Assembly (NCBI RefSeq): GCF_002113885.1
Contig: NW_018408547.1
Location: 205,165-269,164, forward strand
Reading direction: 5' to 3'
Length of the DNA: 64,000 nucleotides
DNA from: Mizuhopecten yessoensis
Lineage: Eukaryota
Below the pieces are notes generated by a model. That model was not told the origin of the DNA. It saw only the letters and a program-made list of their open reading frames with translations, and made no database searches. This document shows, piece by piece, positions 35,113 through 48,250 of this stretch (position 1 is its first letter; each line of letters starts with the position of its first letter). The position numbers and the translations under genes are program-made.

Positions 35113-37290
35113 AATGAGGCTTCGCGACTAGAATGATAGCAGTGACGTCGGACTACAAGTCAAGGATGTCACAAGATGCAGAATTACCATCATCTGTAAG
35201 CAATCAACCGTCATGACGAAACACGTTTAGTCGAACTTACTAAATGTGTTTTGTACTCAATTACATAGATTATTTAGGTACAAAACACAGTTTATATCAA
35301 ATGTGTTTTGTCGGCCGCTGTCGGCCATCGTAGATAAGACAAAAATGTCCCATTCGTAAATCTCCATATGATCTCAAAAGTTAAATGATAGACACATAAA
35401 TGTTTTAAGTCACAGATATCAGTTAAGCAAATGCGTGAGGCCATACAGGTTATCTTCGATTGTTTTATCGATCCCCAATGTATTATCACTTGATCAGGGA
35501 CATATGGGCAACATTTGATTTGCAACACGTTTAATACAAAATGGCTAGAACATGAGAAAATATTGATTTAACTTCTGTGATAAATGTATTGTCCTATATA
35601 TATTTAGGCAGAGATCGCAGCAAACTGTTTACTTAAAAAATATAAAACAAAGTCACCTTGACCTAAATATCAAATATATATTATGTTTTCAGTAAGTACT
35701 TTGATATAAGTCGTACAAACAAATTCAAAATTATTAGAAAGTTTCCAAACAAATTATGACTCCCTCACACCTCGTTATGGTCACTATAACTTGATGTCAT
35801 ACGATAATGGCATAACCCAAAGTATGTTAACACAAACTATAACTCTAACCGGTCGGGTATTGTCTGGCGCTAATGCCTGCCTGTCCAATAAGGACAGCCA
35901 AAGATTAGGGATTTCTGTCCCACTGCAGGTAAAAGACTAGAGAACGTCACTGTAGGGTTTCGTACATAGAGTAACCTCATCTTAATTTTATATTGGATAT
36001 AATTGTAGGGCAAATGGGTACTGACATTACCCAGGTAACAGAGTTATCGAGGGTTCGAATCCTAGTCTAGTCAAGCTCCGTTATATTTACACTCAGAACA
36101 CTATGTGTATTATATCTGTTTACTCCACCCATTGATAGGGCATGGTGTTCTTTTCAGAAATGTTTAAGTGTTACCAATGCATAAAACAGGAATCCTTGAG
36201 TGTTTGCATATAAACGTTTGAATAACACCCACGGAGTCGCCTACGGAAATTACATATCATCACGCGACAAAAAACCCAGATTTATCCAGTGAAAATTTTC
36301 ATTCTAATAATAGACACGGGTAACGACACGTCGACTGTCATAATTAGACATTCATCAGTCGGACGGAAAGCGTCATCGAAGGTGAGTTGTTGTGGAAGTA
36401 GGGTAATGTTTTGTTGTTCTCCTGTTATCTTTGCTTGCTACATTACTAAGTTATTTTTTGAACCAGTACAATAGAGATACTATTTTACCATTGATTTTAC
36501 TTCCCATTTAGTTAACGGTAGTATCCATTGAGACTTTAAACATTGAAAAGTTCCCTTTATCTTTCCGGATCAGCTGCCTACATTTTTGTTGTGGTTTGTG
36601 ATGTCCTTTCCTGTTGACATCTTTTATTATCGACACGGAATTCCGATTGTGTCCTTGTGAGTTAACGCTGTGGCATTGTTTATCATTTAACACAAGTTAC
36701 AGGACAAGACAGCCGATTAGACTAGTCTAGTTTTGTGGATACCAAAATTTGACCTATGAACTTTGGTGACCTATATATGTTGACCTTGATATAACATCGG
36801 TATATCATGTTTACATGAAAGGTGTGCCTTATTAATTTGACCTATGACTTTTGGTTCACCTTTGCATTGGTGAAACAGATGCAAATGAAAGGTATGCAAT
36901 ATTGATCGATCGACTTATGACCTTAGGAGATCTATATACTGATTTTTTGTATAATTTTGCTTTTCGGTATGTCATACTAATCGAAATAGGTGATCGGTTT
37001 CGGCTATAACTTTCGATTTAGCATGTCCAAATTAATAGCAATGTCATATTGTCTTTACTTTTATCGTATACTGCTTTGATTCTCCTTTTAAATTTGAAGG
37101 TCATGTCGAAATCATCTAAGTTAGACCAAACTCTGATTGCATTCCATCCGTGCTGTTCTGCGCTCGTCACAGAACAAACTGACATTTTCACTCCGTTTGT
37201 GTAAATAATACACACTCTAAAGTATATCACTTAGTTATGCTAGTAACTTTATCATTCCATCGTTCGTGCTACTAAAGTGAAACAATGTAA

Positions 37291-39325
37291 TTATGTCTCC
37301 CCTTCGAATGAAGGAAGACATATTGTATTAGTACTGGTTCTTCTTCTTCTTCTTCTTCTTCTTCTTCTTCTTCTTCTTCTTCTTCTTCTTCTTCTTCTTC
37401 TTCTTCTCCTTCTTCTGGTTCTTCTTATCTGACTTGTCCGGGCCATAACTTTTCAACCGTTAAAGAAATCTTGATGAAACTTTAGGTATGCATGCATCAA
37501 CCACAGGAGGTGTGCAGTGTACTGGAATTAGGTCACTGTGACCTTCACCTCAAGGTCAAAGGTTAAATGAGTGCACATTTTCAATAAATTCTTGTCCGGT
37601 CGGTAAATTTCAAACCGTTACAGATATCTTAATCAAACTTGAAGTGTACCTGCATCACCCGCAGAAGGTGTGTAGTGCACTGGAACTAGGTCTCGTGCCC
37701 CACTATATACAGAGTTATGACCCTTTGTTTGATTTTGATACCGACGTTTGTCAAGAGCATAAGTTCTATGTTATTTCACCTACGTTGACCATACTTACCA
37801 TATTTATGTATCTTGGGAAGGCGGAACTTCTCACACTAAAATCAGATTTTATGCCCCACTATATACAGAGTTATGGCCCTTTGTTTATTTTAAATACCGA
37901 AGTTTGTCCACGGCATAACTTCTTAACCATTAAAGATATCTTAATCAAACTTGAAGTATACTTGCATCACCCACAGGAGGTGTGCAGTGCACTGAAATTA
38001 GGTCTCGTACCACACTATATAACAGAGTTATGGCCCTTTGTTTAATTTTGATACCGAAGTTTGTCCAAGGCATAACTGCCATGTTATTAGGGCCCCGCAT
38101 CTTCTATACTAATTCTTAAGTCCGTCCGTTACAATCAAACAAGGGATCAACTGACCAAAGGTCAAGGTCACTGGGTCAAAGGTCAAGGTCACTGGGTCAA
38201 AGGTCAAGGTCAAATTTTGTATCTTTTGACTGATAAACATTTTGTTAGGACACTTTGAAGCAATGTTGGTCGGAATTAAACAAGGAGTCATTTGATCAAA
38301 GATCAAGGTCACTTGGTCAAAGGTCAAGGTCCAAATTTTGTATTTTTTCACTGATGAATATTTTGTTATGACACTTTCAAGCAATGTTGGTCGGAATTAA
38401 ACAAGGAGTCATTTGACCAAAGTTCAAGGTCACTTGGTCAAAGGTCAAGGTCAAATTCAGTATCATTTCACTGGGGAACATTTTGTTATGACACTTTGAA
38501 GCAAAGTTGTTCGCAATTAAAGAAGGAGTCAGTTGACCAAACGTCAAGGTCACTGGGTTAAAAGTGAAGGTTACATTTTGCATCTTTTCACTGCTGAACA
38601 TTTCGTTTTGATACTTTGAAGCAAAGATGTTCAGAACTTAACACAGAGTCAACTGACCAAAGGTCAAGGTTACGGGTTCCAAAGGTTAAGGTCAAGATCA
38701 AGTTTTGTATTTTTCACTGATGAACATTTTGTTATGCTATTATGAAGCAAAGTTGGACGGAATTGAAAAATGAGTCAACTGACCAAAGATCGGGGTCACT
38801 GTGTTAAAGGTCAAGGTCATTTGGGTCAAATGTGGATCTCTTACTTTGACCCTGGCTCTTGATGGGGGAGGTATTTAAGGTGAAATAAAACAAATCAAAG
38901 CTAACAAATGAGTATTGCACCGGTATTTACATTTTTGTGTGCCCAGTATATATGGAAGTGGAAGGAAACAAGACTCACATCATAGTACATGTAAAATGTA
39001 TATTTATCTTCCTTGCGATTCTTTTTGAAGTCCAAATGTCCAACGTCAAGTTAAGCTATATGGGCAGATTGCTTCTTGATAATTATGGGGGATATATTGC
39101 CACAAGACGGGGCCTTTACTGACCTGTCAGTGTTCTAGTTTGACCAAACTTGCTAGAGTTTTAATGTATCTTGGGTAAGTAGGAGTGTCAAATTCTTAAT
39201 TCGGGTCTCGTGCCCCACTATATAAAGCGATATGGCCCTTTGTTATTTTTTTATACCGGAGTTTTTTTCTATTGGCTAATAAGGGGAGACATTTGCTTTT
39301 GTTCACAAAAACAAAATTCTAGTTA
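37291..39325. mobile_element. HINE/Helentron-type element with (CTT)n and satellite units, interrupted by a nested element
   Basis: TTATGTCTCCCC hairpin start; (CTT)n at 37337-37415; end GGGGAGACATTTG...TTCTAGTT. Confidence 0.8.
38085..39140. mobile_element. Nested HINE-type element with GGTCAAAGGTCAAGGTCA satellite
   Basis: TTATTAGGGCCCCG start; GTCCGTCC; ~120-bp units; end CGGGGCCT...TTCTAGTT. Confidence 0.75.
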
Positions 39326-39346
39326 ATGTTGATTCACTGTCTGTCA

Positions 39347-39565
39347 ACCCCAGTGGTTAAGGTGTCTGACCATCTATGTTCACTAGCCCTCTACCACTGG
39401 GTACCGGGTTCGAGGCCTACGCGGGACTGTCGCAAACTACTTCCACAGGTCGATGCTTTTTCTCCGGGTACTCCGGTTTTCTTTCACCACCAAACATGGC
39501 TCGTCCCTAAATGACCATATAGCTGTTATTAGGACCTAAAACACAAACACGAACCAAACCAAACC
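39347..39565 (+). mobile_element. V-domain tRNA SINE
   Basis: GGTTCGAG B box; TTCTCCGGGTACTCCGGTTTTC core; (AAACC)n tail. Confidence 0.85.
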
Positions 39566-40090
39566 CCAAATAAAACACTTAGATATTCTAAAGAATATTT
39601 TTAAATGGTTTGATGCGTAGTCTGCTAGGGTTCATTGGTACGGTTATACATGTAATTACAATGCCAACGGTTTTTGTTATAAGAAAATTATTGAAACGCA
39701 CATTAGCTGTAATCATACATAACCTATTCAAATATACATCATATGATCTATCAGAGGATATAAATATAGGTAAGTGTAGTCTTATTTGAATATCATCGCT
39801 TTACTTTTGCATGCCTGATACTAAATGAGAAAATGCTTCATTTCAGCCTCATGATGGCTATTTGACCGATTTGAAAAAGACGTCATCTACAATTTATCAG
39901 CATAGAAGGAAGGTGATTAAAGTTGGGTAGACCACAAACAAACCTACACATCTGAAAAACAAATGCAATAGACAAAAACACTTATTTTTGCCTTCATTAC
40001 GCAGGACAAAACAGGAAAATTAAACAGTGGTTTACGAGAAGAATACCCGATTTCACAATAAGACCTTTTTAACCAAATAATACATCGGGA

Positions 40091-42008
40091 ATGAATCACC
40101 AGTCTGATTTCGTGGGCAGTGTACAGAACAACTCATCTGCTACACAAGACGAGAATGTTCAAGCCAATGCCATGGACATGACACAATCTTACACAAATGG
40201 TTTGCAAAGAGAAAACAGTCAGTATGATATCATGAACAGTATACATCCTAACACTGTGGGCTCACAGGAGGAAAATGTTCAATACGACCCCATTAACCAA
40301 ACGTGTTCCGAATCAGCTGATACAAACGAAAAGGGCGATCAATGCGGTACGGTTGACAGTAAGCCGTCTCACTCAGCTTGTTCGCACGAGAATGGCAACA
40401 CCAATCCAACCGACAATAAGTTGTTCTCCACAGTTGGTCCACAGCAAATGAATAGTCAATCGGATGTTTTTTACAATACTAATTCAGGCAGAATCGATAA
40501 AGGACAAGGACAACGCAGTCCCTTCGGCTCAGCTGATGCACAAGGAGAGGGTGACGATTCTGATATCACCAACAGCAAGCAGCATGATTTAGCTAGCTCA
40601 CAGGACGAAAATGGCCAAACCGATCTATTGGATTACAAGCAATCCCGCAAACCTAACATGCAAGAGCAGAATGGCGAATCTGATATCTCGAATAGAAAGC
40701 AGGCGAACACAGATAATTCACAGGACCAGAACAGCTATTCTGATATCATGAACAATAAAACGTCCAACGCAGTCGGTTCACAAGTAAATAACAAACTGGA
40801 TATTTTAGACAACAAGCATTCGAAGCCATCCGATGCTCAAGAAGTCAGCCGAAGATTGTCTATGGGTAGTGATCTGTCAGACGAGAATGGTGAAGCCAAT
40901 GCCGTGGACATGACACAATCTTACACAAATGGTTTGCGAAGAGAAAACAGTCAGTATGATATCATGAACAGTAGACATCCTAACACTGTGGGCTCACAGG
41001 AGGGAAATGTTCAATACGACCCCATTAACCAAACGTGTTCCGAATCAGCTGATACAAACGAAAAGGGCGATCAATGCGGTACGATTGACAGTAAGCCGTC
41101 TCACTCAGCTTGTTCGCACGAGAATGGCAACACCAATCCAACCGACAATAAGTTGTTCTCCACAGTTGGTCAACAGCGAATGAATAGTCAATCGGATGTT
41201 TTTGACAATACTAATTCAGGCAGAACCGATAAAGGACGAGGACAACGCAGTCCCTTCGGCTCAACTGATGCACAAGGAGAGGGTGACGATTCTGATATCA
41301 CCAACAGCAAGCAGCATGATTTAGCTAGCTCACATGACGAAAAAGAGCAGAATGGCCAATCTGATATCACAGATAGAAAGCAGGCGAACACAGATAATTT
41401 ACAGGACCAAAACAGCTATGCTGAATGCACGAACAACAAAACGTCCAACGCAGTCGGTTCACAAGTAAATAACAAACTGGAAATTTTAGACAACAAGCAT
41501 TCGAAGCCATCCGATGCTCAAGAAGTCAGCCGAAGATTTTCTATGGGCAGTGATCTGTCAGACGCAGCTGATAAACAAGAGAGAAAATACAGTCCCAGTG
41601 TCGCTAACCAGTGCGACTCGGCTCATACAGCAGTAAGCACACAAAAAGAGAATGACCAATCCGATCTTTTGGATAACAACCAATCCTGTACAGCTAACTC
41701 ACTAGAGGAAAATGACGAAAGTAACATAACTAACAGTACGCTGCTTTATGTAGCTGGCTCACAAGACGAGAACGACCAATCAGATGTTTTTGATAATAAC
41801 CAATCCTGTGCAACTAACAACGGCCAGGAGGAGAATGACAGAAGTAGCATAACTAACAGTAAGCTGCTCAATGGTGCTGGCTCGGAGGAAGAGAATGACA
41901 AATCTGATCTTTTAGCCAACAAGCAACTGTGCACTGCTTACGCCCAGGACCCCCATATTGTTAATCAAGAGACTGCAATACATCAACCAGGAGAAAGTGA
42001 AAGACCAT
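40091..42008 (+). CDS. N/D/S/Q-rich repeat protein, first coding exon
   Basis: In-frame upstream stop at 40070; 639 codons of ~22-aa quasi-repeats; T-gtaagt donor. Likely 5'UTR exons at 39847-39912 and ending at 36381. Confidence 0.8.
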
Positions 42009-43535
42009 GTAAGTGCTATATTTTAAACGTACAGACATGAATGTTTGTGGGTACCGCTGCTTTATTATTGGGGCATGGTCATTTAGGGCAGAGGTCTCGC
42101 CCTCCTCAGTTGTCCACAAGTAATAATAATGCAGTAATTCTGTAAAACTGCCAGTATTTTAGTAGTTCTTATTTGTGAAATGCCCATTAAGTTTATTATA
42201 ACGTAGAATTATTGTAGATTGAGCACAGTAATGTATTAACATGTGCATTTCACAGGCCGGCGGATTTACATTTCTCCTGTATATAGGAATCACGAGACAA
42301 ACTAGTCTTGCAAATCTCCTTTGTTTATAGTTATCATAATCCTTAATTATTTTTTTGTATAATTCTACAATATATAGGTTTATGTTTCGATTAATTTCTA
42401 CACATGGTATTACATCATATTAATGTGTAAATGTTAATGTATTGTAGTAAACATGGCAGTTGCGATGAACATGCTGCATTTTATGCTGCAAAAGCGACCT
42501 GGGGAAGTGGATGTCACTTTTAATGAGACCACAGTGATCGGAAACAAAAACAAGATCGTCCACGGAAACCGTGAGTTGCATTGTGATTTAATGCATCCCT
42601 TATAAATGCATGCATTCAAGGGAATTGCCCCAATAAGGCTGTTTTCGGCTTTTTCCTCTGCTCTAATTATTCTTGTAAAATTATATTACAGTACCGTGCT
42701 TCGAGTAACTCTTTTAAAATATTAGCAATTTCCCGAAAGTGTCTGTCCTTTTACTCTTTCATTTATAATTTGTTTCTCACAAAAACATTTAACACAAAGA
42801 CGCAGACTAGCAATAACTTTATCCCAAAAACTGGTTGTAGATTAACAACATTTAGTAATGGAAACAGAAACTGTAATAAAGTTAACATTTTTCAATAGAT
42901 GATATATGATGTTTTAGTTTGAAATTGGATCAACTATTTTTCACAAAGCCTATAAAACGTGGCGCGCTATTCTGAGCGAAAAGCTAATCGATCGGTCTTA
43001 TATTTTAATAACTTGATGTATCACTCTTTAGCAGTTCATAATTATTTTCTCAACGTAATTTTTAATTAAAATGACTATAATGTGATAAATGTAACATGAC
43101 TTCAATATTACTGTTATGAGAAATATCATTGAGACACCCTCACATCATGTGTTTGCTTTCTCAATCCTACAAACACAGCTGTTCGATTGTCTTTCAAAAA
43201 CTAAATCACAAAACAATATCAATTCACGTCAACAATAAATATGTAGTAAGTGATCTCAACATAGCTTTGTGAGAAAGTTACTCCATCACAATAAATCATT
43301 ATATCAAATATGACCCATTTTTTTATATATCCTCATCGGTTGGATCCTAATCATGTGGAGGTCTTTGATTTGTAATACTGTTTTAAAAACCAAGCAGATT
43401 GGTATGCCGTTTATGACGTCAAATCAATTCAATAAGAATGATACAACCACGTTAATAAATACACATGATAAAACTAATGCAAAGATATAAATGATCATCA
43501 TCCAAAAGAAATGTTTGTTATGTTTATGTGTTTAG

Positions 43536-44462
43536 CTGAAGAACATTCTGAGACATTGCATGCTATCTCAGCATCAGCTAGTCAGATGACTGATGAACGA
43601 GAAGAGCAGACAACTAGCTTAAAACAGGAGATACATGGATCAGAGAGGAGACTGACCAGGGTTATCGCAGATGAAGGATCGCACATAGCAGCCACTGTAA
43701 CCAATACAGGGCATGATGTCTCTGGCAGAATCGATGAAACAAAGGAACGAGTACACAATATGCAGGAGTCCATGGAACGTAAGCAGGACGATCTGGAATT
43801 TAATATTGCGAAAATGAAGCAGCAAACTGCAGACTTGCACCGGGACACAGAAGAAAGTGCGTCATATAATGCAAACAAATCCACCGAAGCACAGAAGGAA
43901 GCTATAGAACAATCTGTCAATAAGACCACTGTCAATATTTCTAAAGAAATCGCCAAAGTACAAGCCGATTTTAGCGACACAGAGCAAACAATGCGTCGAG
44001 TTGTGAAACAGCAGTCAACTTTTCTGCAAAACAAAATTGTAACTATGACGCAAAAGTTGACAACTGATATGAAGCAAAACGGAGATGACTTTCGCCTCCT
44101 TACAGAACGCATACACACTGCAGAAGAGGACACCACTGAGGCTATTGGTTGTTTAAAAGGATCTGTGGATTCTCTTAGAGAGAACCAGGCTCTTATTTTA
44201 GGAGAAATACAAAAACTTACAAACCAGATGACAGAGTTGCAGACAAGCATTCAAAACTCAAACAAAAATCACGAAAAAGCGACTAATGAAATAAATTGGC
44301 ACCTCCGTGAGCTAGAGCAGAAAATTGGTCACATGGATGAAAATATGGAAGAACTAGCATCAGAAACCTCTGTCATTAAAGGGAAGAATGTAGTTATCGA
44401 CACGGTTTGCAAGTCTGTGAAGCGCTCTGAAAGACGCATTTTGAATGCTCGCACAAACCAGC
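43536..44462 (+). CDS. Coiled-coil exon of the same gene
   Basis: tttag acceptor with phase 1 matching 42008; heptad-rich E/K/Q/T sequence; ends at C-gtaaat, or reads to the stop at 44470 if unspliced. Confidence 0.8.
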
Positions 44463-44537
44463 GTAAATGAAACTATTGACAGAAATACATGCAATCAACT
44501 TTGTCTATAGCTCATTAAAAATAGATTTTCTATTTAG

Positions 44538-44638
44538 GAATGATACATACCACTGCATCATTCTACAAAGAAGAAATCAAAAATCGATGTTCACTTGAAG
44601 TGATAACAGCACACAAAGCCAAACATCAGGACAGATAA
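44538..44638 (+). CDS. Probable terminal exon of the repeat/coiled-coil gene
   Basis: 75-nt GT-AG intron, phase-matched; (R)MIHTTASFYKEEIKNRCSLEVITAHKAKHQDR*. Confidence 0.55.
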
Positions 44639-44737
44639 CAATACCCCTATTGACAAGAACGTCTGGCGCATATCACAAGGTATATATTACCAACGATGTG
44701 CGTCTTAATGAATACCTTTTATCAAGGTGGACTGATA

Positions 44738-44958
44738 CCAAAAGCAAAATGATCGATTTATATAAATATTTTTTTATCAAATGCATACACCTACGTGTAA
44801 AGTCACGAAGGTTGCCGAGTGTCTTTTATCATTTGTATTTATACCAAAAGCAAAATGAATGATCGATTTATATAAATATTTTTTTATCAAATGCATACAC
44901 CTACGTGTAAAGTCACGAAGGTTGCCGAGTGTCTTTTATCATTTGTATTTACCAAAAG
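44738..44958. repeat. ~110-bp tandem duplication
   Basis: AATGATCGATTTATATAAATATTTTTTTATCAAATGCATACACCTACG...ACCAAAAG occurs twice. Confidence 0.93.
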
Positions 44959-45464
44959 ACAGCTATATATAAATGATGTTTCCAGAATTATTTGGAATCG
45001 CTGTTAATGTCAGACATTTTGCAGACGACTCCTTTAGTCGGATCTTACTTCCAAGTCGGACATGCACGATCGAAATGTTCTGCTACTGATGTTTTTGATT
45101 TTTTTTTAATATTGTAACCGAGTTGTAAAATATTTAGTTGACTAAATTGATTATTTGCATATGTTGGATTCAGACGAAATAACAGCTATCCCGTTCTTTC
45201 GAAACATTTCTTTCACAATAAATGTTCCGATTTATAATAATTCCCTGAGTCTCAATAAGGTAATTCATTACTATAAATATTTTACTGGAGAAGTTGTAAA
45301 ACGTCTTATTTGAAACTTTGCAGATTTTTTTTATGAATCATATTGTCTGTAATTAATACATATAAGTTGTTTCTTGTTTTTATTTGTCAATAGAATGTAA
45401 TTGTAACATAAAACATGTATATTTAACATCATTCTTTGTCTATATATTTGATATTCTATACAAT

Positions 45465-46662
45465 GGACGGGAAAAGTTAGTTTTTGAAACAGGTTTAGAA
45501 ACATTGTCTGCTAGAAGAAAAAGAAGAAAGCTTCAACTCTTGTTTAAAATGCATGTTAATCAAACACCAGACTATTTTTCTTCCCTGCTTTTCTCCACTG
45601 TACAAGATCTAGTTCGCTATCCTTTGCGAAACAGAAATGATTATAGAATCCCGTATTTCAGATCATCAACAACAAACTCTTCTTTTTTACCGTCAACTGT
45701 TCGCTGTTGGAATACCCTTGATAACTCTATAAGGTCATCATTGAATACCTTTAAAAATTCCCTGAAACCCAACGATCAATTTATTCCTCCTTCGTACTTT
45801 TGTAATGGCGACCGTAGGTTAAATGTTATTCACACGAAGCTTAGACACCGTTGCAGTTCTCTAAATTAGGACTTATTCCGTGTGAACCTTGTGGAAACCC
45901 CTAGCTGTATTTGTGGACATATTTGTGAAAATGTTTATCCCTTTTTCTTTTAATGTCGCAGTTATAGTATTGAAAGAAACATCCTTTTTCAGCGAGTAAA
46001 TGATTTGAGTTTAGAGGTACCATGTGATTTAGATTTGCTTTTATTTAGATATGAAGATTTGCCGTTTGACACAAATTCGGAAGTCTTTTTATGCGTTCAT
46101 AATTTCATTAAATCTAGCAAAAGGTTTAAAAGAAAAGTGCACAACGCTATATATTTAATTGTTTTAATTTCATTATCCGATGTTACTGTAGTATTGTGCT
46201 ATCACTTATTCAACTGCTAAGGTAACATTGTTGGCCCAGCTGGTATTATTAAGATGAAAGACTACGGAAAAGAAGATGTATCTGCGTGGTTACGGAAGAG
46301 GAAAGTTTTTCAGGGCTGAGATGAACAATTTGTAGTGCGTAATGAATGTGTTTATAGTCCAACTGGGTCAACATTGTTATACGCTTGATAAGTTTGTTAT
46401 ATAACATTGTTATAGTTTTGTTATCTTAATCTATAGTTTTAATCATGAAATGAGTCAGACTAAAATCTCTCTCTCTCTCTCTCTCTCTCTCCCTCTCTCT
46501 CTCTCAAGTATGTGTTTGTTGTAAATTAATTTATGTATTATTAGAAATTGCATTATATTTATATGTTGTAAACCATTATGGAAAGGGCGTTTATAAGTTG
46601 CAATAACTTGTGTCCAATCCTTTTGTAATTATATTGCAATAAAATATGTTTAAACTAAAAAA
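45465..46662 (+). mobile_element. CR1-group LINE 3' fragment with (CT)n in its 3'UTR
   Basis: ETGLETLSARRKRRKL, SFLPSTVRCWNTL, IHTKLRHRCSSLN*DLFRVNL, CICG; tail ATAAGTTGCAATAACTTG...AATAAAATATGTTTAAACTAAA. Confidence 0.9.
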
Positions 46663-47144
46663 AGTTAGCTTGATATTGCAATGAATTTGAGTGTGTTTGA
46701 TGAAATAGTATTATCTCTAGGACTGTGAAATCAATCTCATACTCAGTAATGACATTTAAAGTTAAATTTTCAATTATTAGAATTATTATCATTATTATTT
46801 AGATAACTTTTCTATTATGTAAATTATGAGTTTTATATTTACCTTACAACCATTAAGAAGCATGTCTTCTTAAGCTCAAAATTTAATCTGAAAATAATAT
46901 TTGAACAATAAAATAATTTATAACAATTGAACTATTATAACCACAGCCTGGTGTCTAACAGTAACATTTTCTACTCTGATTCGGGGAATAATAATTGAAA
47001 GTGCATTTTCTACTCGGGGCATTGTCATTTCTAATACATTCCTTACCCAAACACAGATTTTCCCAACGAGTAATGTTAGGTTAACCTGTTTTTCAAACTC
47101 AAGTTAACTATTTTTTCAAATTGTGTGAAGATAACAGTTAGATT

Positions 47145-47547
47145 TATCACATAATGTATTGTGTTATCCAGTAAATATACCCATGTCATATTTTTTGCGT
47201 ATCAACCCATGTAAATGACTTATCAGCCCTGTGATTGGTTGTAAGTTTCAATTGATTTAATTGAGACGTCACAAGTACATGACGTCACAGACCTACGCAT
47301 TGGAGTCAAAATGGCGGCTTTTTACATTTCAATGTTGCATGAAAATTGTCGTTTTATACGAATAAATGCCACAAATCTTGATTATGTGATAAAAAGGATC
47401 TTACACTCGTTTTCATATCATATGAAATTTATGAAACTTGTCACGAAACTTTCATTTTAGCTCCCCAGAGGCTCGCTAAATTGAAAAATTCTTAGATTCG
47501 TTCATAAATCTCATATGAAATGGAAACTCGTGTAATCTCCTATATAT
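47145..47547 (+). mobile_element. Hairpin-ended non-autonomous element
   Basis: TATCACATAAT...ATTATGTGATA body, then palindrome TTACACTCGTTTTCAT...ATGGAAACTCGTGTAA and CTATATA. Confidence 0.65.
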
Positions 47548-47549
47548 CT

Positions 47550-47990
47550 ATAATAACTAACCATCACTGGTTTGAGGACGTTTTTTCTGCCACAGTTTTC
47601 ATATTGTTTATCAAAAAACATGCCTCTCTTGAAAATGCATTATTCCTAATGCCATGAATCAAGACGTCACATTTGAAGGTGACGGCGCAAAGTATTGTTT
47701 TGTGACGTCATAACCCAAAGATTAACCAATAAAATAGCGTAGGTAGTGCGTCCCACGAGTAGGTAACTAAAATGTTTACAAACTCCTAGAAGGTTTACCT
47801 AACGAGTCGGGAGGGAGGTAAATATAGTTGTTATGAGAAAAATTGCATTCTCTGCTTCTGAACCAAAGCCTTATTGCAAATACATACACTAATCTAGGCA
47901 TTATCATTGCCGTTTGTATTTCTATTCCTGATTCAGGACATTGTCATCGCAAATTAATTTTATTGGTCCAGAATATTTTCACATAATTTG
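47550..47990 (-). mobile_element. Second, inverted copy of the 7930-8576 element body
   Basis: Reverse complement aligns to 8125-8325 (CTAGGAGTT.GTAAACATTTT.GTTACC; TATGACGTCAC). Confidence 0.7.
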
Positions 47991-48024
47991 TAATTGAAAT
48001 TCGTCTAACATCCTTTGTCATTGA

Positions 48025-48250
48025 GAGGCTGCGATGGCTAAGTGTTAAAGGCGTCTGACATTCTGCTACCACGAGCCCTCCACCACTGGGTCGTGGGTTC
48101 GAGACCTACGTAGGGCAGTCGCCAGGTACTGGCCGTAGGTCGGTGGTTTATCTCCGGGAACTCCGGCTTCCCTCCACCACCAAAACCTGGCACGTCCTTA
48201 AATAACCAAAGCTGTTGATAGGACGTAAAACACAAACAAACCAAAACAAA
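48025..48250 (+). mobile_element. Full-length V-domain tRNA SINE
   Basis: A box TGGCTAAGTG; B box GGTTCGAGAC; TCTCCGGGAACTCCGGCTTCCCTCCACC core; (AAAC)n tail. Confidence 0.9.

Noticed and set aside
35101-35232. Possible hammerhead from CTGATGA (35101) and GACGAAAC (35216)
   Set aside because: No stem I pairing, and stem II would be implausibly long.
43582-44250. 222-aa antisense ORF
   Set aside because: It is the shadow of the coiled-coil exon; the same applies to the antisense ORFs at 19539-20319 and 41188-41934.
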